A stretch of DNA of 64,000 bases from NCBI GenBank assembly GCA_035326105.1, contig DAOKYO010000001.1, positions 738,115 through 802,114 of the forward strand, written 5' to 3'. Of the stretch, positions 58,681-64,000 are shown piece by piece. Every line of letters begins with the position of its first letter. Position 1 is the stretch's first letter. The DNA comes from Bacilli bacterium (GTDB taxonomy: Bacteria; Bacillota_I; Bacilli_A; RFN20; CAG-826). Both the position numbers and the translations under genes were made by a program. The notes beneath the pieces are model-generated. The model saw only the letters and a program-made list of their open reading frames with translations, searched no databases and was not told where the DNA came from.

Positions 58681-60312
58681 ATGAGTATTGAGACTAAATT
58701 AAAAGAAAAGATCAGCGCGGCATTAAAAGAACTTGGTCATGAAGTTGCGCTCGATAGTATCATCATTGAGCACTCAAAAGAAGTGGCGCATGGTGACTTC
58801 GCTAGTAACGTCGCTTTACAAAATGCGCGTGCTCTTAAGTCTAACCCGCGGAAGATAGCCGAAGATATCGCCAAAATTATCAATATGGACGGCATCGAAC
58901 ACATCGAAATTGCCGGGCCGGGTTTTTTAAATTTCTTTCTTAAAGAGGAAACATTGACATCAGTACTGACGAAGATCAAAACCGATGGTGCCACTTATGG
59001 CGCGTCTTTAAACGGTAACCATAAAAGAATAAATGTTGAATTTGTCTCCGCCAATCCGACCGGTGATTTGCATTTAGGTCACGCGCGTGGAGCGGCGATA
59101 GGCGACGTCATTTGCCGGTTGTATTCCGATACGGGATTTGATGTTGTCAGGGAGTACTATGTGAACGACGCTGGCATTCAGATTAATCATTTGGGCGAGT
59201 CCCTTCGCGCTCGTTACCATCAAGAATTTAATGATGATGTGGCCGTTCCAGAAGATGGATATCACGGCGAAGATTTGGTCGAATTGGCAAAGATTATTAA
59301 AACCGAAGTAAATGATAAGTATATGGTTGATTCCAGCGAATCCACTCGTTTTTTTATGCGTCGGGGCGTTGAACTTGAATTAGCGAAGATTGAAAATGAC
59401 CTGAATCTTTTCCGGGTTTGTTTTGATAAATATTCATTTGAAACTGATGTACGCAATGATAATGGCGTTGAGAAAATTATTGAGGCGCTAACGAATAAGC
59501 AGTTTTTGTATGAAGAAGATGGTGCCCTGTTTCTTAAAACTACGGTTTTTGGTGATGACAAGGATCGGGTTGTTGTTAAGAAAAATGGCCAATACACTTA
59601 TTTTTTACCGGACATTGCTTACCATTTGAACAAACTTTCACGTAATTTTTCAAAACTTATCGATGTGTTGGGCGCGGACCATCACGGCTATATTTCCCGG
59701 ATGAAAGCGGCTCTACAAATGTTTGGCTACCCGGAAGATATTTTGGATGTCGAACTAATTCAAATGGTGCGTTTGATTAAAGACGGGCAAGAATTCAAGA
59801 TGAGTAAACGAAGTGGCAAAGCAGTGACGTTGCGCGAGTTATGCGATGAGGTCGGAGTGGATGCGGTTCGCTACTATTTTGTGAGTCGAGCGGCTTCCTC
59901 ACATCTTGATTTTGATCTTGACTTAGCTCATGAGACGTCAAGTGCTAATCCGGTTTATTATGCGCAATATGCTCACGCTCGTTTGGCGACCGTTTTGGGC
60001 AAAGCCAAAAAGTTTGCGTTTGATTATTCGGGAGTGGGATTGTCGGCTACATCGGAAGTGGCGCTGCTAAAGTTATTGGCGGATTTTCCGAATATCGAAT
60101 GGGATGCGGCCATCAGCCGTTCACCCTATAAAATCACCAATTACATCCAGAAGTTAGCTTCGGCGATTCATGGATTTTATACCGAATGTCGGGTAATTGA
60201 TGAAGAAAATATACCTTTGACCAGCTCGCGCTTAGCCTTGGTTGATTGTTCGGAGATTGTTTTAAGAAAGGCTTTAAATCTTATCGGTGTATCGGCACCG
60301 GAAAAGATGTAA
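58681..60312 (+). CDS. argS: Arginine--tRNA ligase
   Basis: Class I HIGH-type SANPTGDLHLGHARG, KMSKS-type FKMSKRSG and a DALR anticodon-binding C-terminus. Confidence 0.95.
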   Translation: MSIETKLKEKISAALKELGHEVALDSIIIEHSKEVAHGDFASNVALQNARALKSNPRKIAEDIAKIINMDGIEHIEIAGPGFLNFFLKEETLTSVLTKIKTDGATYGASLNGNHKRINVEFVSANPTGDLHLGHARGAAIGDVICRLYSDTGFDVVREYYVNDAGIQINHLGESLRARYHQEFNDDVAVPEDGYHGEDLVELAKIIKTEVNDKYMVDSSESTRFFMRRGVELELAKIENDLNLFRVCFDKYSFETDVRNDNGVEKIIEALTNKQFLYEEDGALFLKTTVFGDDKDRVVVKKNGQYTYFLPDIAYHLNKLSRNFSKLIDVLGADHHGYISRMKAALQMFGYPEDILDVELIQMVRLIKDGQEFKMSKRSGKAVTLRELCDEVGVDAVRYYFVSRAASSHLDFDLDLAHETSSANPVYYAQYAHARLATVLGKAKKFAFDYSGVGLSATSEVALLKLLADFPNIEWDAAISRSPYKITNYIQKLASAIHGFYTECRVIDEENIPLTSSRLALVDCSEIVLRKALNLIGVSAPEKM

Positions 60313-60332
60313 AATACATTGGAGGAAAAAAT

Positions 60333-60728
60333 ATGGTTGCCAGAGCTACACTAGATGTCGCATTTGAAATTCTTGAAGAAAACAAAGGACCGCTGTCGTT
60401 TTTTAACTTATGGACAAAGGTTGCTGAGGCTCAAGGGTATGATGAGGGAGAAAGACATCACCACATTTCTCGGTTTTACACTAATCTGTCATTGGATGGG
60501 CGCTTTGTTAATTTAGGCGACAATACTTGGGATTTGCGTAAAAACAATACATATGACAAAGTTCACATCGACATCAACGATGTTTATTCGGATGTTGAGA
60601 TGACCGATAACGACGAAGAAGAAGAGGCGGAACTTAAAGAAGAGATTGGCGCCTTTGATGATACACCGGCTGAAGATGATTATGACGAAGAAGAAACCGA
60701 TGACAAAGGTTTTCGGGAAGACCTTTAA
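60333..60728 (+). CDS. rpoE: RNA polymerase delta subunit
   Basis: HARE-HTH-like N-terminus (LDVAFEILEENKGPLSFFNLW…RFYTNLSLDGRF…GDNTWDLR) plus a highly acidic C-terminal tail. The ATG at 60333 follows GGAGG. Confidence 0.82.
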   Translation: MVARATLDVAFEILEENKGPLSFFNLWTKVAEAQGYDEGERHHHISRFYTNLSLDGRFVNLGDNTWDLRKNNTYDKVHIDINDVYSDVEMTDNDEEEEAELKEEIGAFDDTPAEDDYDEEETDDKGFREDL

Positions 60729-60763
60729 TTTTCCGAGCTAACACGAGGTGAAAGGAGATTTTT

Positions 60764-61627
60764 ATGCCATTAGTTAGTATGAAAGAGATGTTGAATAAAG
60801 CCAAAGCCGAACACTATGCGGTGGGACAATTCAACATAAACAATTTAGAGTGGACAATTGCCATTCTTGATAAGTGTCAAGAGCTCAAAGCTCCAGTAAT
60901 TCTAGGGGTAAGCAGCGGTGCCGCCAAATATATGGGTGGATTCCATGTCATTGTTAAGATGGTTGAAGGATTAATTATTGATAAAGGATATACGATTCCG
61001 ATTGCAATTCACTTGGATCACGGAGCCAGTTTTGAGTTATGCAAAACGGCAATTGACGCTGGTTTTACATCGGTGATGATTGATGCCAGCAAATATGAAT
61101 TGGCAGAAAATATTCGAATTACCAAGCAGGTTGTTGATTATGCGCGCGCGCAAAATCGGGAAATTTCGGTTGAAGCGGAACTAGGCCATGTCGGCGGACA
61201 AGAAGAAGATGTCATTGCTGAAACAATGTACGCTCGGCCAGATGAATGCTTAGCGATGATTAAAGAGAGTGGAATTGATTGTGTGGCTCCGGCTCTCGGA
61301 AGCGTTCATGGTCCATATAAAGGTGAGCCAAAGCTTGGTTTCCCAGAGATGAAAGAGATTAGTGAACTCGTTAAAATTCCTCTCGTCCTTCATGGTGGAT
61401 CAGGAATTCCTGATTTTCAGATTAAAATGGCCATCGAACGGGGAACAGCTAAAATTAACGTTAACACCGAATGTCAGCAATCCTTCACGGCAGTTGTGCG
61501 TGAAGTATTGAAAAACGATGAAAAAGTTTATGACCCACGGAAGGTTATCGGCCCGGGAATGAAAGGTATTGCTAACGTTGTCCAGGCCAAATGTGAGGTC
61601 TTTGGTTGCATTGGCAAAGCCGAATAA
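60764..61627 (+). CDS. fba: Class II fructose-1,6-bisphosphate aldolase
   Basis: [13 protein letters not shown], and GSVHG…HGGSG motifs. Confidence 0.92.
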   Translation: MPLVSMKEMLNKAKAEHYAVGQFNINNLEWTIAILDKCQELKAPVILGVSSGAAKYMGGFHVIVKMVEGLIIDKGYTIPIAIHLDHGASFELCKTAIDAGFTSVMIDASKYELAENIRITKQVVDYARAQNREISVEAELGHVGGQEEDVIAETMYARPDECLAMIKESGIDCVAPALGSVHGPYKGEPKLGFPEMKEISELVKIPLVLHGGSGIPDFQIKMAIERGTAKINVNTECQQSFTAVVREVLKNDEKVYDPRKVIGPGMKGIANVVQAKCEVFGCIGKAE

Positions 61628-61635
61628 GTTATAAT

Positions 61636-61658
61636 AGGTCTCCTACGGAGACCTTTTT
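61636..61658 (+). terminator. Intrinsic terminator of fba
   Basis: aggtctcc-tac-ggagacct hairpin followed by TTTTT. Confidence 0.85.
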
Positions 61659-61685
61659 ATTTGGTCGTAGGTTGGAAGGAAATTT

Positions 61686-62636
61686 ATGCGTATACAAAAG
61701 AGTATTTATAATTTAATCCGGAGCTCAGATATTATTACTATTTTTGGTCATGTCAATCCGGATGATGACTGCTATGGGTCGCAAGTTGGACTTCGCGATT
61801 CCCTTCGTCAGACTTTTCCCCATAAGCAAATATATGCCTTGGGTTCCGGCTCCAGTCGGCTTCTCGATTATGTCGGCAAAATGGATGTAATTGACGACGA
61901 AACTATTAAAAAGTCTCTGGCAATAATTGTCGATGTTGGCGATCGCGAAAGAATTGAAGATCAAAGGTTTTCCATCGCCAAGAAAATGATTAAAATCGAC
62001 CACCATATTTTTACCGAAGCCTTTGCTGATTATGAATGGATCGATACGATGTATGTCGCGGCCTCAGAAATGATTGCCGACTTTGTTATTTTTAATCATA
62101 TGCGGATGCCATTATCCGCCGCGCGGGCCTTATTTGCCGGTATCAGTGCCGATTCCGGTCGTTTTCAATATGCTCCAACATCGGAACGCACATTTAGACT
62201 GGCGGCCGAATTAATTGAAATAGGCGCTAATCCAAGTGAACTATATGATTTGATTTATGTTTATAATCCCCAATTTGTTCGTTTTAAAAGCGAAGTGGTC
62301 GCTAATTATCAGACCAATGGAGTTGTGGCGTATCTAGTTATTGATCAGCCTTTTTTGCTTGCCCGTAATCTAAAAAGCGGCGATGCATATGGCTTAGTTA
62401 ATGGAATAGCCAATATGGATGGATTTCCGATTTGGATTAGTTTCGTCGAGCGAGAAGATGGAATAGTCAATTGTGAAATTCGAGCCAAAAAAGTAAACAT
62501 TCAACCAGTGGCAAGCGCTTTTGGTGGCGGTGGCCATGAACAGGCGGCTGGATGCCGGTTGGATTCAATCAAACGCATTCCGGATGTTTTAGCGGCCTTA
62601 AATAGAGCGGCTAAAGGAGATGACGACAATGTTTGA
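61686..62636 (+). CDS. nrnA: DHH/DHHA1 phosphoesterase NrnA (oligoribonuclease / pAp phosphatase)
   Basis: GHVNPDDDCYGS, VDVGD, IDHH and C-terminal GGGHEQAAG. Confidence 0.82.
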   Translation: MRIQKSIYNLIRSSDIITIFGHVNPDDDCYGSQVGLRDSLRQTFPHKQIYALGSGSSRLLDYVGKMDVIDDETIKKSLAIIVDVGDRERIEDQRFSIAKKMIKIDHHIFTEAFADYEWIDTMYVAASEMIADFVIFNHMRMPLSAARALFAGISADSGRFQYAPTSERTFRLAAELIEIGANPSELYDLIYVYNPQFVRFKSEVVANYQTNGVVAYLVIDQPFLLARNLKSGDAYGLVNGIANMDGFPIWISFVEREDGIVNCEIRAKKVNIQPVASAFGGGGHEQAAGCRLDSIKRIPDVLAALNRAAKGDDDNV

Positions 62637-63405
62637 ACAAGAGCTAAGAGCGGCGATTGACGCCGCTATTAAGGCAAAGAGGCACGTCCTTGGAGTCTAT
62701 GAAACTTCATTTGCAGTGGAGATTAAAGCTGATAATTCTCCCGTTACTGAAGCTGACAAAGGTGCGGACAGAATCATTCGTACTTTTCTTCAAAAGCGTT
62801 TTCCCGATTATGCGTTTTTGACGGAGGAAAGTATCGACGATAAGACGCGCTTACAAAATGACTATGTTTGGATTGTAGATCCGGTAGACGGCACGAAAGA
62901 TTTTGTCAATCATGACGATGAATTTACAATTAATATTGCCCTGGCCTATAAGCATGAAATTGTTCTTGGAGTCGTGCTTGTTCCCGTCAGTGGCGACATA
63001 TATTATGCGCTCAAAAATGGGGGCTCATTTCGCTTAAGAAACAATATTATTACGAAATTGCATGTTAATGGCAAAACCGAAGGCTTGACGGTTCTTACCA
63101 GCCGATATCACATGAATGAAAAAGAAAGAACAACAATCAATGTTCACAAAAACAAGATTGTTCGGGTTATGAGCGTCGGATCTTCTTTGAAGCCATGTTA
63201 TATTGCGGCCGGAGAAGCAGAGTTGTCATATCGCTTTTCCAGTGGAACCAAGGAATGGGATACGGCGGCTAATCAAATTATTGTTGAGGAAGCCGGCGGT
63301 ATTTTTGTTAAACCGGACGGAAGTCGCTATATTTACAACCGCGAAGACGTCGTTAATCGGGAAGGCTATGTTATTACTAATCGAAAGGAAAACTTATTAT
63401 TATGA
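62629..63405 (+). CDS. Inositol-monophosphatase-family phosphatase (CysQ / 3'(2'),5'-bisphosphate nucleotidase-like)
   Basis: FLTEES, WIVDPVDGTKDF and WDTAA motifs. The ATG at 62629 has better SD spacing than the ATG at 62620. Confidence 0.8.
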   Translation: MFEQELRAAIDAAIKAKRHVLGVYETSFAVEIKADNSPVTEADKGADRIIRTFLQKRFPDYAFLTEESIDDKTRLQNDYVWIVDPVDGTKDFVNHDDEFTINIALAYKHEIVLGVVLVPVSGDIYYALKNGGSFRLRNNIITKLHVNGKTEGLTVLTSRYHMNEKERTTINVHKNKIVRVMSVGSSLKPCYIAAGEAELSYRFSSGTKEWDTAANQIIVEEAGGIFVKPDGSRYIYNREDVVNREGYVITNRKENLLL

Positions 63406-64000
63406 AAAAAAGAATTTTATTTGTTCTTCTTCCTTTGCTTTTGGCCGGGTGCAATCCCAGCGCTAGCAGCAGTCATTCTTCCTATAGTGTGCCAAGTTTT
63501 AATACATCATACGATAATACGCTTGAACCCAATAAGGATGAGCAGGGTAACTATCTATTGGACTTTTATGGTCTAAATGATTTTCATGGTTCCGTGGCCG
63601 AAGATGAGGCGGAAAGTCAACCCGGTTTTAGCAAAATCGCTGCCTTTTTGAAAGAAAAACGGACGGAGAATCCCGGCGGTACCGTGATTGTTTCTAGCGG
63701 TGATATGTGGCAAGGATCAGCCGATAGCAATATTACCCATGGTGAATTGGTCGTTGATTTAATGAACTACGTTGGTTTTGATGCCATGGCGCTCGGCAAT
63801 CATGAATTTGATTGGGAAATCTCGCAAATTGAAGAAAATGCGCAAAAGGCTAATTTCCCTTTTCTAGGAGCTAACATTGTCAGCAGTACAACTGGTCAAA
63901 GGGCGGACTTTGCGCTTCCTTCAGTCATGATAAAACGCGGCCCACTGAATATCGGAATCATCGGTACGATCGGCGCAAATTTAGAGAGTTCCATCGTAGC
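63402..64000 (+). CDS. Lipoprotein, 5'-nucleotidase / 2',3'-cyclic phosphodiesterase family metallophosphoesterase, 3'-partial
   Basis: My own translation gives MKKRILFVLLPLLLAGC (lipobox)…GLNDFHGS…SSGDMWQGS…LGNHEFDW. ATGA overlap with the upstream gene. The frame is open to the window end. Confidence 0.75.
   Translation, partial: MKKRILFVLLPLLLAGCNPSASSSHSSYSVPSFNTSYDNTLEPNKDEQGNYLLDFYGLNDFHGSVAEDEAESQPGFSKIAAFLKEKRTENPGGTVIVSSGDMWQGSADSNITHGELVVDLMNYVGFDAMALGNHEFDWEISQIEENAQKANFPFLGANIVSSTTGQRADFALPSVMIKRGPLNIGIIGTIGANLESSIV

Noticed and set aside
1-64000. Search for CRISPR arrays, tRNA/rRNA genes, IS elements, integrases and phage or defence genes
   Set aside because: No regularly spaced direct repeats, no tRNA T-loop-like GGTTCGAATCC motifs, and no transposase, integrase or restriction-like translations were seen. 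Intergenic space is almost fully accounted for by promoters, terminators and two known RNAs. This was a by-eye scan, not an exhaustive computation.

Overview
This is a dense, mostly plus-strand housekeeping region from a low-GC Gram-positive (Bacillota / Mollicutes-related) chromosome. It uses the standard genetic code: TGA acts as a stop in several ATGA and TGATG gene junctions.

I call about 64 protein-coding genes. Many are translationally coupled, and several blocks follow Bacillus-like synteny:
- sufCDSUB
- mnmG-rsmG-parA-parB
- fer / cmk-der-gpsA / hup
- cca-like-dnaD-nth, convergent with recU
- gpsB-rnpB-pgsA-cinA-recA
- rny-ymdB-miaB-ymcA-mutS-mutL-miaA
- cspA, ychF-ispF, argS, rpoE, fba, nrnA

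Two structured RNAs are recognisable: an FMN riboswitch upstream of a RibU-type riboflavin transporter, and a compact type-B RNase P RNA. About a dozen clear intrinsic terminators are present. I saw no tRNA or rRNA genes, CRISPR arrays, transposases, integrases, phage genes or obvious defence genes.

The less ordinary content is:
- A three-gene MacB/FtsX-type ABC module (split half plus fused half) with very large uncharacterised extracytoplasmic domains (51.8-56.5 kb). Its start codon sits immediately after a terminator.
- A lipoprotein carrying a barnase-family RNase domain, with no visible inhibitor gene.
- A ParB whose GERRxR (CTP-binding) box is degenerate.
- A 222-aa head-and-neck-only CCA-enzyme homologue.
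- A long structured leader upstream of rny.
- A tandem pair of PrsA-like lipoproteins.
- A tightly coupled operon of four different hydrolases.

None of these is proven novel from sequence alone. All function calls rest on motifs read from the supplied translations, not on database searches.
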